From: Eledone cirrhosa
Taxonomy: Eukaryota
Length of the DNA: 64,000 nt
Assembly (NCBI GenBank): GCA_964016885.1
Contig: OZ024741.1
Span: 124,620,001 to 124,684,000, forward strand
Direction: 5' to 3'
The notes beneath the pieces are model-generated. The model was not told where the DNA came from, did no database searches, and worked only from the letters and a program-made list of their open reading frames with translations. Below are positions 10,972 through 24,530 of this stretch, one piece after another. Each line of letters starts with the position of its first letter. Positions within the stretch are counted from its first letter, which is position 1. Position numbers and translations under genes: made by a program.

Positions 10972-13900
10972 ACAGTTGCATTTTTCTTGCTTTATGTTCA
11001 TACGAGTTATCACCAAGTCACAACCAGTGACCTCAAGAGACAACAAGGTCCGCCATGTTCAAGAAAGAACATACATACTCACACATGCATCTTTAGTGTT
11101 TAGACTTGTGATGTAATTATATTGACAGAATCTTCCTTAGTATATGGGTAGTTCCCATTAGTACTATCTTTTGTATTTCTCCTATACGCGGGTTTCCTGG
11201 GATTTGGGATAAGTAATCATTAGACCCCTTAGGTATCATTCCCAGAGCGCCTACAACCACTGGTATTGTTTTAGTTCTCAATTTCCACATTTTTCCAATT
11301 TCTATCTCCAGGTCCTTATACTTGCTCAATTTTTCAAATGTTTTTATAGATACATTCTTGTCTATTGGAACAGACATATCAATTAGCAGGCATACCCTCT
11401 TTTTAAAGTCCTTCAATATTATATCAGGTCTATTTGCATCTATTTTTCGGTCTGTTTGGATGCTAAAGTTCCACAAGATTGAGATGTGATCTTTTTCAAG
11501 TATGGGAGGTGGTTGATGCTCCCACCAATTCTTTTCATGGGGCAGGTCAAAATGCTTATCCAATGTATGTATTGTGCAGCTCTGCCATGCCTGTTTAGGT
11601 ATTCGGTTGGAGCTATAGGACTGCACATTGAAATTATATGGTCAATGGTCTCTGGTTGTTTTTTGCATACACGGCATAATGGGCTGCATCCATTTTTTAT
11701 TATGTTGGCTTGGTAATTTTTTGTTGGCAGACACTGATCTTGTGCTGATATAATCAGTCCTTCAGTCTCCGATTTCAGTCCAGAGGATGCCAACCACTGA
11801 TGGGTTAAAGTTTTGTCAACATCAGGATTGTTAGCTCGCTCTGGGTATTTTCCATACAGAGGCTTTTGTTGCCATTTCTTAGCCAGTTTCTGTAGCAGTT
11901 CTTTCTTTGCAGTTACTTTTACCTGCTTTGCTTTTTCTGTGTTTTCCATTTCAGCAGTAAAAGGGACTTCTGAAATTTGTAGTCCATTACTGTATCTTTG
12001 TGCATCTTTTGTAATGGAATATGATCTTTTGATGCTTTCGTGTTTCAAAACGAGTTTGATCATCCAATCATGTGATTCCCTTAGATATGTAGATAATCCA
12101 ATTGTTGCAGTTTTCAACACAATGTCTAACTGGATTAACCCACGTCCTCCTTCTTTCCTAGGGAGATATATTCTATCTATATCTGCCTTAGGGTGATGCA
12201 TTCTGTGCATGGTTAAGAATTTTCGAATTTTTGTATCGAGCCTACGGATCTCTGTGCTTGACCAGTTGATGACATTGTAACTGTAGGTTACTACTGGTAT
12301 GGCAAGCGTGTTTATGGCATCGATCCTATTCCTTGCATTCAATTCCGTTCTTAAGATTGCTCTTACTCTGCGATAACATTCCTTCCTTATCCTTTCCCTC
12401 ATTGTCGAGTGCTTGATTCCGTCTCCTTCACAAACACCTAGATATTTGTGAGTTTTTTCTTGATCAAGCTCTCTTATCACGTTCCCCCGATCAAGATTCA
12501 TGTCTGAACTCTTCAGCAGCTTTCCTCTGGTGAACGTTGCTTTGGCGCATTTATCTAGTCCAAACTCCATTTTAATGTCATCACTGAACTGCTCCACAGT
12601 GGATAATAGCCCTTGCAATTGTTCATCATTTTTTGCAAATAGTTTCAGGTCATCCATGTAGAACAAGTGATTAATGGTTATGTCATAGAGTTTATATCCA
12701 TGTTTTGTTTCATTGAACATTTTACTTAATGGTATAAGTGCGATGCAGAATAAAAGCGGTGATAAAGAGTCACCCTGAAAAATTCCACAATTAATATTAA
12801 CTTCTCCAGCTTCCAGCGATTTTGTTTCACTATTCAAAAGGAGTGTCGTTTTCCATGTCTTCATACTGAATGACAAAAACCTCCTGACAACGGGGGATAT
12901 TTTGAAAATCTCTAAACATTTTTCATTCCAACTGTGTGGCAAACTATCGAATGCTTTTTTATAATCTATCCAAGCAATCGATAGATTTTTGTGTTTATTA
13001 AGACAATCTTCCAGTATCATTTTGTTAACCAGAAGCTGATCCTTACAGCCATATGAGCCTCGTTTACACCCTTTCTGCTCAATAGGAAATAGGTCATTTG
13101 TTATCAGGTGGTCATATGTGTATTCAGTTAGGACTGATGTTAAAATGTTATACATTGTGGTCAAGAAAGTTATCGGCCTGTAATTTTGGGGATTGTTTGT
13201 CTCATCATTCTTCGGAAGCAGGAATGTAATGCCGTTAACTAGCCATGATGGTATCTTTTCTGGCTCCTTAACTATTTCATTGTAAATTTGGGCTAACAGC
13301 TCATGAGGCTCTGTGAAGGCTTTGTATCTTGTCTTTTCCTGGGGATTTCCATTTGCTGGTTTTTCTAAGAGCCAAACGCAACTGTTCAACTGTTATATTT
13401 TCCCATATTTGTTCCTCAAGGTGAGCTGTATCTTTCATTTGTCTGTCTATCCATGGGGCATGTATGTTATGAACTTTTTCTTCGGCCCAGATCTTTTCCC
13501 AGAATTCTTGCACTTCCTCCTTGGGTGATATTGATTTAGCAGTTATTGTTGACTTACCAATTTTTCTGTAGAAGTTTCTTTGGTTGTTTTTGAACATATT
13601 ATTGTCCTTATAGAATCTAGATCGTTTTTCAAAGTGCCTTATACGAGCAGCTTTGGCCGACACTTTTTGCTTGATTATTTCTATCAGCATGTCTATGTCA
13701 CTTGTTGATTTTATACTGTACTTTTTTTTCAATTTTCTAAGTTTAGTTTGTTTAACATGTTCACCTACTTTATAGTTTGTTAACATTTCTATGTCAGATC
13801 GGAGAAGGTTTATTTGGCGATTGATGTTCTCTTGCCAAGTAGATTTCTTGTGGGAATTCCTTTGTTTTTTCATCTTCACTCCACATAAGTGAGTGGTGAC

Positions 13901-14915
13901 TTTAGCCGATGCATAATAAAGATGATTTAAATCAGTAATGTTTTGTTTGTTTGTGATGATAATATTTTTGAGAATTATGTTAGTCTTGTGTATTATCTTT
14001 TGGTTCTGTTTGGAGTTTTGGATATTAGGGAGGGTGTCACGTTGCCCCATATCAGATTCTTTCATTTTCATCCATTCGATCAGAATTTCATCCTTCAAGT
14101 TGGCAAGTTCATTCTCATTCATTTCTTTATCATTTACGATCTCATTATTTTCATTTGGAGTTTCATCTTGAGCATGCACTCCCTCCACTTTTTCGATCCT
14201 TTCTTTAATTTGTTCTGTTGCCAGTGATTCCGCCCCAACCCTGGGATTCGAAGTGTTACAATTTACCTCGTTTTCACTGACACATGTTTCATTTTCCCTT
14301 CGCTTACTTTACGCTAATAGCTTGATCTGATCAATTTCTATATCAGTTAGTAACTTTTTTCTTACAATATTTCTTCGTATATTGGCTAGTTTGTTACTGT
14401 CAATATAGCCTCTGTTTTCGGGATGTTTCTTTTTCCAGTTGATATATGTCTGTTCTGTATTCAATGTATTTGATGGGTAGTACATGGCAGTGTAGAAAGC
14501 CTCAAGGACTTCTTTATTATCTTCCCTTGACCATTTTTCTCTCTTTTTCTTTGGATTTCTTGGTGGTGAGCATGGAGGGCCAACAGTAGGAGTATTCCGG
14601 TTATGGGAGGTCTCCAGCTCCGAAGTGATGGGAAGGTTTGAACCATTAGCTGATTTTCCGACCCCAGTCTGGTTCCTCTCTGAGGGACGCGGCCCTTTTT
14701 TACTCGGGAGACGGCCGATCCGGTATGAGATTTTATCATTAGACATTTACTTTATTTTGTCGCGTTTTATCCTTATCCGCCAAGGGGTAATCATTTCGTG
14801 TTACCACTTCTAGAACGAGTGTCAACCAAGTCTAGAGGGGATCGTTCTCCCCTAGAGACACTGCTATTCCCCGCCGGCCGCCATCCCGGTATTTCTTGGT
14901 CACGGGGTTTTCTTT
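10972..14915 (-). mobile_element. R4/Dong-type RLE non-LTR retrotransposon, near full length (5' boundary approximate)
   Basis: Single long disrupted ORF; 3' end runs into (TAA)n, the described Dong target. Confidence 0.88.
11117..14746 (-). pseudogene. RT + CCHC zinc finger + restriction-like (PD-D/ExK) endonuclease polyprotein, frameshifted
   Basis: NYRPIT, EQKG, AWIDYKKAFDS, GIFQGDSLSP, LFYMDDLK; CRVCKKQPETIDHIISMC; RPD..DMSVP..KLSKY. Confidence 0.92.
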
Positions 14916-15921
14916 TTGTTGTTTTTTTTAAATTGTTATTATCATGAGTGGTTCCTTAATGTGAGCATTGCGTGGCTTAAGAATGAAATTATTAATAATT
15001 GTCTCCACTCCAGGCACAAGGCCAGCAATCACCCAGTGCATTACAATAATATAATATACTTTTTGCTGAAGTTGCCTGTTATTGTTGTTGGCTATGTCGG
15101 TGGTGGTACTGGGGCTTTTCATATTGTTGGTGAGGAAGGGGTGAGCCAGCAGTGCCATAGTTGTTGACGTTTGGCCGGTGGCCAGGTCACTAAGTCAATC
15201 TATTTATATCTTTTGCTAGCCTCTCCCTTGTCTAGTGATACCGCCACCTTCCCCTTTCTCAAGTTAACAGGGGAATAGTGGTGGTAGCAATGAAGGAGTG
15301 GTGGCGGCGGTGATGGGATAGTGGTAGCAATGATGGATGGAGTGGTGGCGGCGGTGGCGTTGTCGTTACTGAGTTTTGTGATATGTAGTATCTATGAGTT
15401 TGTGTCGCGTATGTTTAATATATATTGTGTTGGCATATTCCTGTAAAATTGGAATTAAACATTTTGTTAAAACTTGAGACAATAATAATAGTAATTATTA
15501 TTATGATGCTGGGATTGGTGGTGGTGGTGGTGGTGGTGGTGAAATTGCCGTTATCTGGCTGTTATATTTAGTGTGATGGGGTAGGTGGTGTATCAAGTTT
15601 CTGGTGTTGGTGAAATTGCTGTTATTTGGCTGTTGTATACAGTGTAGACAGATGGTGTTTTCTTCCATTTATAACCATTTTCTTTTTTTAATACAAAATA
15701 TATAATACTAAATTGAATATTTGAGCGATATAACAATATAATATGGATCCGAAATTTTATGTGACTTGATTCGGTGGTTTATGCAACATTTGTACTAAGA
15801 ATTGTTATTTCACAATTGATTTAAATATGTTAAAGATCAAAAACTTACGGGAGCGATTTCATGACCTTCTACCACAACGTGCGTCTTCTTCCCTTATTCT
15901 TATTATTATTAGTATTATTAT

Positions 15922-15972
15922 TTGCATTTATCTTGCTTTATGTTTATACGAGTTATCACGAAGTCACAACCA
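15922..15972 (-). mobile_element. ~50 bp extreme 3' fragment of the same Dong/R4 family in (TAA)n
   Basis: TTGCATTTATCTTGCTTTATGTTTATACGAGTTATCAC.AAGTCACAACCA matches 10976-11026; (TAT)n on both sides. Confidence 0.85.
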
Positions 15973-15974
15973 TT

Positions 15975-16030
<56 letters not shown>

Positions 16031-16585
16031 GTAGGGCGGTGGATTGGCACTAACGGTAGAGGGTCGGGCGCCATGCTATCCAGCATAGTTATGTCCCTTT
16101 ACGGTCTGAGTTCAAATCCCGTCGAGGTTAACTTTGCCTTTCCTCCTTACGGGGTCGATAAAATATAGTACCAGTAATCCACTGGATAATTGCTGGCCTT
16201 GTGCCAAATATTGAAACAATTATTATTATTATTATCCTCATTATTATCATCATTATTATCATTGGTTGTGGATTGGCAGTATGCATAGAGTTACGGCCCT
16301 TGCCATTCCGAGTTCAAATCCCACCGAGGTTAACTTTGTCTTTCATCCTTACGGGGTCGATAAAATAAAGTACCAGTAATGTACTGGGTAATTACTGGCC
16401 TTGTGCCAAAAGTACAAACAATTATTGGCAGTATCGGTAGAGGGTCGGACGTCATGTTTTGACGCATACTGTTACGTCCCTTGTCATTCTGAGTTCAAAT
16501 CCTGCCGAGGTTAACTTTGCCTTTCATCCTTACGGGGTCGATAAAATAATTAATTGCTGGCCTTGTGCCAAAAGTAGAAACAATT
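16031..16585 (+). mobile_element. Three tandem tRNA-derived SINE copies (~16031-16220, 16265-16422, 16424-16585)
   Basis: A-box-like TGGCAGTATCGG, B-box GAGTTCAAATCC, conserved body CCTTTCATCCTTACGGGGTCGATAAAAT..AGTACCAG, 3' CCTTGTGCCAAAA..GAAACA(ATT)n. Confidence 0.85.
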
Positions 16586-17542
16586 ATTATTAGTGTTGTT
16601 GTGTTGTTATTATATTATGAATTTGGCGTGTCTTTTTTAGTGTTTCTCTCTCTCTCTCTCTTTCTATTTCTACCCCCCCCCCCTCTCTTGCTGATTAACT
16701 TTCATCCACAGTTATAAACCCTTACTATTCTAGTAAGTTTTGACTAAATATTTTTTTCTTTCTATTCTCCCACTTCTCACCCCATTCCTGGTTATCTTTC
16801 CATATTCGTGGCTGCTTCATTCTCCCCTTCCTTTCAATACTTGGTTTCCTCCTATTATATTTGTATGAACAGTGCTCTCAGCTTTGCTTGAAATAAAAAT
16901 AAGGAGCTACTACATTTCTTCTTCTTCTTGGTCCATTTATTCCTGAGAGAGACGTAGGGTAAGAGTCCTCAAACACTACCATAGGCTGTTTTGTAAACAA
17001 TTCAAGCAAAACTTAGATTTTTCCTTTTGCAATGACGTATTAATTAAAAGTTGATCTTTGCACCCACATGAGTTCCGTTTTCCTCCTTTCTGTTCTTGTG
17101 GAATCATTTCATTTTCATCAAGATATTTGTATATCCGCTCAGTTAGTATAGATGTCAGGGTCTTGTAATTCGTAGAGAGACATTTATTGGCCTATAGTTT
17201 TTTGTTTCATGTTTGTTTGTTTTGGGGAGGGGTTGTTTCATCAGTTTTGTGGAAAAGGTATGTTGTGCCTTCTCTCATCCAGTTCGGCATTTCGTTCCGA
17301 TTTTTTTCCATTATAATGGAAAAATGAAATTACTTCAATAATTATTGAAGTAATTTCATTAGCAAGTTTTTTATGCATCCCTGTAAGTGCATTTAACCAA
17401 ACATTTGGCCTATCCCAGGTTATTTCCCTTTATGTGCTTTACTAATGCCTGCCTTAGCTCGTGCATCCCTATTTCTTGCAATTCCCAATGGTTAATAACT
17501 CTCAAGCTATCTATTTCTCTATTAATCCATTATTATTATTTC

Positions 17543-17725
17543 TGGATTGGCAGTATCGGTAGAGGGTCGGACACCATGTTTTGACGCATAGAGTTACGGC
17601 CCTTGCCATTATGAGTTCAATTCCCACCGAGGTTAACTTTGCTTTCATCCTTACGGGCTCGATGAAATAAAGTACCAGTAATGCACTGGTTAATTGCTGG
17701 CCTTGTGCCAAAAGTAGAAACAATT
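17543..17725 (+). mobile_element. tRNA-derived SINE (same family)
   Basis: Homologous to 16424-16585; preceded by (TAT)n. Confidence 0.85.
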
Positions 17726-17739
17726 ATTGTTTCTAAAGC

Positions 17740-18500
17740 TTTTCTTCTGGCAGATGTTATACCGACACTGTACTAAAAGAGTGAGCCATAGCCAAAAGCC
17801 AAAGGACCTTTGAGTCATTCCTTCTCCTTCAACTTTCCAACAACCTTTTTAAAATTCTTGCTGTTCCCAGCAAGACTTTTTTCTGCACCAATCCTGTCCT
17901 GGTGGTAACTCCTAGCTTCTCATCCCATGCATCCAACCACAATCGGTACTAGTTTTACTGTTTCTCAAGAGTTTCCTAATTTCTCTCTTCAGCTTTCTCA
18001 ACTTTCTCACTTTCCTTCTCATTCACTCTGTGTCCTAACGGTGAAGCAATATCCACAGTACATCCCTTGTTATTCTTCTTTTTCACGACAATAACTTCAG
18101 GCCCTCTAGCCACGATAAAAGGGTCACACACTGGATGGTAATTTCCTACAATATTTTATACTGTTCAATTTCAGTCACCCTTTGTGGTTGGTGTTCATGC
18201 TATTTCTCCTTTTCTGGTTGATGTTCATACCATTTCTCCCATCAGTTCATGGCATATGTACAACAGAGCTTCCAATAAATCAACCTATTCTCTTTCTGAG
18301 CAAGCATCTTACATTCGCTAATAATGTAGTTTATTGCCTCAACTTTCTCATCACACAAAGTTGAATAATGTCCTTCCTGGTCTTATATATATGTATATCA
18401 CATAGCCCAACGTGACACACTTAGTATCGTTCTAGCACATTTCTTGTCTTATTCTCTCATTCATTGTAGATATGTTTCTTTGTACATTTGTTTCGCATTT
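17740..18500 (-). pseudogene. Degenerate 3' fragment of an RLE (R4/NeSL-like) retrotransposon
   Basis: Minus strand near 17830-17930 reads ...TGLVQKKVLLGTARILKRLLES*, the typical RLE C-terminus; the rest is heavily decayed. Confidence 0.55.
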
Positions 18501-20861
18501 TCTTCATAGATTTCTTCAGCACGGGTCATCTTTTTCCCCATTTGTTTACCTTGCCTTAATCTGCCCGTTGACTAATTGTTCGTCCCTCCTTCTACATATA
18601 TTTTTTTTTTCGTTCTGCCTGTGTCGAAAGTACACCCACCAGAAATGTATATATGGACGTGTCAGTAAAATTTAGTAGTCAAAACTTGTACGGAAGCCCG
18701 CTGTAAGTCTACCCGATTTGAAATATACATATAATTGCTTCAATATTATCGTCTAAATCCGTCCAAGTAGATACCTTAGCATAGCTGCTATCTTATGACT
18801 GAAACAAATAAAAGAGTAAAAGCATATCATACGAAACTTGTTCAATATATATATTAGATTCCATATCCTAAACGTGTTTTTCTCCTCCTCTATTTTACAT
18901 AGACTGAGTACCAGCTATAATTTAATAATGGGGAAAAGGTCGTTACCTATACGTACATGGAGATGAGCAAAGTTTTATATAATATATAACATTCTAATCT
19001 GACTGTTTACTGATTCAAAAATGTCTGAAATAAAAAAAAAATGAAATATCTAATTATTTTGCTTTCTTTTCTTATGCTTTTATTAAATTCATCCCATTTG
19101 AAATCAATTCTATTGGTGCACCGACGCAACTGTATTCTTTACAACACAGTTTATTGATTTTTCCCCTCTTTTATCTAAATAAAAATCTCTCGAATCATAT
19201 AATCTCACATCGAAATTTCTATTCCATAGGATAAAATATTTAAAGCCGAGGAAATAATTACAATTTATAATAAAATAATCCAGTTTCGTTGAAATTATAT
19301 TCAGCGATTTAACATCTGGTTAATATAACACGTAACTATGCGACGATTAGCAATTTTAAAATGTAGTTTTATAAAAAGGAAATACATCGACCTAGTTAAT
19401 TCACAATTTGGGTGAAAATAATAGTGATGAAATACATAAGTTTCAAAGACGGTCGTTGGCAGATTATCTATTTCCCGTGTATTGAAAAATGACAGTCATT
19501 TTTGACAGAACATGTAGCATACAAATAATTCGTGTTGTCGGATGTGTTGTCGGATGTAGTACATTTAGCCACAGATGTCTATTAGCTGTCACTAGAGAAA
19601 TCATTTCTTGTTTGAGCAAAATGAGATAGCCCGACAAGACCGAGTGCAGAAATTAGAGTGTGGTTAATACATTATATTATCCAATATGCAAGAAAGTAGA
19701 ATCGAACCCAGGGCTGCAATTATTGAGAAGCGCGTGTCTAAACTACACAGTTATGTCAGCATCCATTCAATTTACATGTAACGACATTTAATATTCGTAA
19801 TTATATTGTGCTTGAGTTTTGAATACTCGTATTTAAATATTTTTCTCGTGGTATCATTTCCATATGATTTTCTGTTTTATGTCAACAGTAAATCACAACG
19901 TATTTGTTTACATCTCAAAATTCACACAGCTTTAAGAAACAAACACTCTTTATATAATTAAATTGAATTTTTAATATCACGCATAAAATATTACAAATAC
20001 TCTTAAATGCATATTCTGTTAATCATCGAAAGCTTTTCAGAGAATGATTGATTTTACGTAGGTGTTAGAATATTGAAAACCACCTGTAATATCTTGAATG
20101 TTTAGCAGAATTGACAATTTAATGATTTGTTTTCAAAATTTTCAATTTCTGGAAGTATTTGGAATTAATTAAAACGTTCTATTATGTAATGTTGAATATT
20201 TAAAATATTAAGGTTTTAGAGATTCATTTTCAGAGCAACATATTCATTTGTACAGTTTATAGATTATTGCAATTAACAGAACCATATTTTCATAGAATAT
20301 TAACCGAAAATAAACATTTATGTTTGAACGTGACTTCGCAGAAATTCTCTGGTTTGTAACATTTACAGATAAAGTTTTATTTTCTATTAGCGATGATTTA
20401 AAGTTCCAGATATTTGATTACGCTAATTTTGATAAAAAAATTACAGTAATAAATTGTATGAGGACAAGGAAATCTATTGATGTGTTTTCTGCTCATTTAT
20501 GTGGAATGAAGTTAATTTCGTATGGGACGCTACATGTTGCAACATGTTCTCTAGTTCCATAACCTCGACCACGATCCAAGTCGGAGGTTAACTAAATATG
20601 AAGCATTGACTGGCTATATTTTTGCTCGTCGTCATTGAAACCGACGGTAAGGTCTGTTTCTTGGCTGTCGTTTTCTGCCGCCAGAGGGGCATCTCGGTTA
20701 AAGTATATTCCCAGCAAAGTGCAATGGTAGATACATAGTATATCGCTGACTGTTCACCTCGTCAATAGTTTGTGTTCTAATCCTTCAAATGACATATTTA
20801 CTGTTCATACTTTCGGGAGTCTGCAAATAGAGTACCAATCCAGTGTAGTGTGTACATTCTC

Positions 20862-20877
20862 TCTCCCTCTCTACCCC

Positions 20878-20930
<53 letters not shown>
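20862..20930. repeat. (CT)n microsatellite
   Basis: Direct inspection. Confidence 0.95.
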
Positions 20931-20932
<2 letters not shown>

Positions 20933-21735
20933 TCTCCTTTTCACCCTATGTCTGTAGAAGACATCGGCCGTGTTTATATCTGGGAAAGGATGGTCTTCAC
21001 CAGGGAAGAATACCTTTAGAATTCATTCGGGAGTTTAACGGATATATCCACAAATACTTGTATCACTGGAATATCCTAAGAATTTATATCACAATTCCGA
21101 GGCTGAAAGCAGGATTCAATTTGATTTTAGGCATTATTATCATTTCACATATTTTTCAAAATCTTTTAAAAGCAAATAAACATGAAAGTCATAACATTGT
21201 TTCCTTCACGCGTCCCATTCTTAAAAGCCGGCGGCTACAGAGTAATATAGTAATACAATTTTCTGGTGAACAATGAGAATATATTTGATTCAAGTTATAA
21301 CACATGAAAGCATCATATGAAACGTTCAAATTGAAATACATAAATCAATCAATCGCGGTTGATGACTTCATTGATTATGCTTGCTTTAAGCTAACAAATT
21401 ATTAAAGTTTTAAAATAAAATCTCGAAACAAACGTGTTCGATTAGAAAATGATATTGTAATATAAAATGTGGTTTCATGCATGGAATATCATTTGAAGCA
21501 GATATGTTAGAATGTGTAGAAGAGAATCCGGAGCTCATTTACTTTCAAGTTCAATCAACAATAAGATGAATTTAAATCTTAAAATTTCCCATCAATCTGT
21601 CCCTACGACTTCCTCTCTCCTGGTGCTTCTCTCTTTTCCAACATTCACGTCTATACCTCACACCCATGTTGTGTGTATATGCTGGTAGTACGTGTGTATA
21701 TGCTTGTACGTATGTATATGCGTGTATACACACAC

Positions 21736-21791
<56 letters not shown>

Positions 21792-22234
21792 ATAATAATA
21801 AATTTGAAGACTAAAATCTAAAGAGTGCTCGATAGGGATAAATATATATATCTGAAGCCGAGAATCATTCGGTTTCCTAAATAAAATTTTAGTTATGACT
21901 TCAGTTATACCATAAACGTGGTTTTGTCTTTGCGTGTAATTGTTCTCAACGGTCCTCATAATGACGTATTATCTTCGTTTTTTCCGTTCATTGCCAGAGA
22001 ACGTCTCCACGAACCACCTAATAGAATATTAGTCTACGACTTCATTTATACCATAAATCTGGTTTTGTCTTTGCGTGTAATTGTTTTCACCGCTCCAAAT
22101 AATTACGTATTATATTCGTTTTTTCCGTTCTTTGCCAGGGAACGTTCCACGTACCAAAGTATGGTCTTCCTGTCTTCCTTCGGTTGCAACGTTTTTCGAA
22201 ATATTTACTTCTGCGTTCACAGATTGATTTTTTT

Positions 22235-22285
22235 AGTTTCAGAAGATCCCGTTAAGGGTGAAAGCAGCGATTCTTTGCTTAAACT
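22235..22285 (+). ncRNA. Hammerhead-like motif F4 in Penelope pLTR (non-canonical CAGAAGA core)
   Basis: Stem I AGUUU/AAACU extended by CAGAUUGA/UUAAUCUG; CAGAAGA; CCC(GUUAA)GGG; GAAA; GCA...UGC; CUU. Confidence 0.55.
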
Positions 22286-22399
22286 TTAATCTGTTATTTT
22301 AATAAATATTTGCTCTACGGTTCTTATATATTTGATATATATTTATCCTTATCGAGCCCTCTTTGGATTTTAGTCTTCAAATTTATTGTTATTACTATT

Positions 22400-24530
22400 T
22401 GGCTCCCTCTGTTGAGCACTCTATTGACTTATATTCATCATGCAGAAACAACATCTGAATATTTCTACAAAGAACATACCCGCACCAAGCAGGAAAACAT
22501 ACCTAAAACTCTTGATACAGAAAACAGACGCGTTCATTAAAAGGTTACGTCGGCGTGCCTTTTATTTCGATAATCAGGGAAAAGCGGACAACAAACAGGG
22601 ATAAATTTGGGTTTAAAACCTACAATAACCCTCCGTGTAACCCAGCATTGCTACCCCTCGAAAATGATGTCTTGGAACTCATACGGAGTATCAAATTTCG
22701 GAATAGGAGCAACTCCATCCAGCAGGATCTGAAGAATAGAATTGGTTCTATTAAGGATTCTAATGCCGTGCACGTCCACTCCGACAAAACTGACAATCTA
22801 TATCAAGTGGTGCGCAGCACTTACCATCAACTGCTACATAATGCTGTAACTACGGATTACCGTAAAACTAATCGGAGCGTCATTAATGACATCAACGGGG
22901 CTGGGTTTTAAATCATCTCTGATCTCAACATCATGGACCGGACTGTACCTCTGGACCTTATTTCTCCCCACTTTACCCTGAAGAATCACAAATCCAATTT
23001 CCCGAACAACCCCTCTATTCGGTTTATTAAACCTACGAAATTTGATTTAGGTAGACTTAGTAAAAGGATTTTAGATAGAATTATACCTGAAATTAGAAGT
23101 TTGGCCCCTCTTGCACTGTGGAACAATTCTTTCGCGGTGATTGATTGGTTCAACGGCATATGCAACAAGGAACATTGCCGTTTTATCCAATTCGACATCA
23201 ATAATTTACTCCTCCATCACTTTACCACTTCTCCTTAGAGCTATCAATTTCGCTAAAACACTCACAATGGTTAAATATTTTGAAGTTGATGTCATCCTCA
23301 ATGCCCGTAAGTCGGTGATCAATTTCGACGACTCTATTTGGATTAAAAAATCTAATAGTACCCTATTCGACGTGAGTACGGGCGCCAGCGATTCTGCGGA
23401 GGTTACTGATCTTATCGGCTTTTTCCTTCTTTTCTTTATCAAGGAAGAATTCCCAAACATGGGCGGTGGTTTATACCGTGATGACGGTCTTTTGACCATG
23501 ACTAAGTGCGGCCCACGTGCTTGTGACAGGTTCAGAAAAGAACTCACAGCCTTCTTTAAAGTTTTCAACCTCGCCATACAGGTTAAGGACAACCTCTGGT
23601 CCATAATTTTCGACGTTACCCTCAATTTGTCGAATGGCTTACACTACCCGTAGAGAAAGCCGAATGATACGCTTAATTACATAAGTAAGCATTCTAACCA
23701 TCCTGCCAGCATAACCAAGAACCTGGTAAGAAACGTTTCTTTGAGGCTTTCCAGTCTATCTTCAAACGAGCATATTTTCACCGACCATTCCACATATTAC
23801 AATGAAGCTCTTGTTCGGAGTGGATTTGTCGAGTGGATTTGTCGACAGAGTACGAGAATAGACCGAGGAAAAATAGATCCCGACGCATTATATGGTATAA
23901 CCCACCATATAATATGGAGGTGGCCACATCATTATCTCCCTTATTATGAAGCATTTCCCTCCAGCACATAAATATAGTAAAATTTTTAATAGAAATACCA
24001 TTAAAATGTCTTACTCTACGACTCCTAACCTTGCACATAACATCACAGCTTCAAATTTAGCTAAATTTCCTAGCCGTAGGAACACGTGCAACCTTGAAGT
24101 TAGTACTAATTGTAGGAATCGGGTTGACTGCCCCTATCCGGGAAATGCCTCTCTAGTAACATTGTCTAAAAATGTAAGGTTAAAACACCCCCGTCCCGTA
24201 GGGCCTACATAGGGCTAACGGCCAATAGATTCAAGCAGCGTCTTTACATGCATACCCATCTTTTTCTTAACACTTTAAGAAGGAATATGACGTCACTTTC
24301 AGCTCATATCTGGAGTCTAAAAAACAACCATACACAATTTAAGTTACACTGGGAGGTCCTAGCTAGGGTTAGATCGTATAACGGAAATAAAAGACTATGA
24401 GATCTCGGCACCGCTGAAGTCCTGGAATCACTCTACGCCAAAAAACACATCTTAAACAAAAGGTCTGAGGCAATTTCGGCTTGTAAACATAAATTGCACA
24501 AAACTTTCCTGTATTACAGCCCCACATTAT
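22400..24530 (+). pseudogene. Penelope-type reverse transcriptase + GIY-YIG endonuclease, multiply disrupted
   Basis: SDKTDNLY, FTLKNHK, FIQFDI, GASDSAEV, GGLYRDDGL, FDVTLNL, YISKHSNHP, YIGLTANRFKQR, LNKRSEAISACKH. Confidence 0.88.

Noticed and set aside
14770-14910. GC-rich structured 5' UTR of the Dong/R4 element as a possible HDV-like ribozyme
   Set aside because: Hairpins exist (TCTAGAGGG/CCCCTAGA) but I could not build the nested double pseudoknot by eye; needs a descriptor search.
19690-19760. Minus-strand tRNA-like A/B boxes (GGTTCGATTC)
   Set aside because: No cloverleaf; probably an old SINE head, too decayed to call.
20560-20770. GC-richer island with a possible splice donor (ACG|GTAAGG) and CTCF-like CCGCCAGAGGGGC
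   Set aside because: Single short motifs, CTCF spacing is off by one base, and no supporting exon or ORF.
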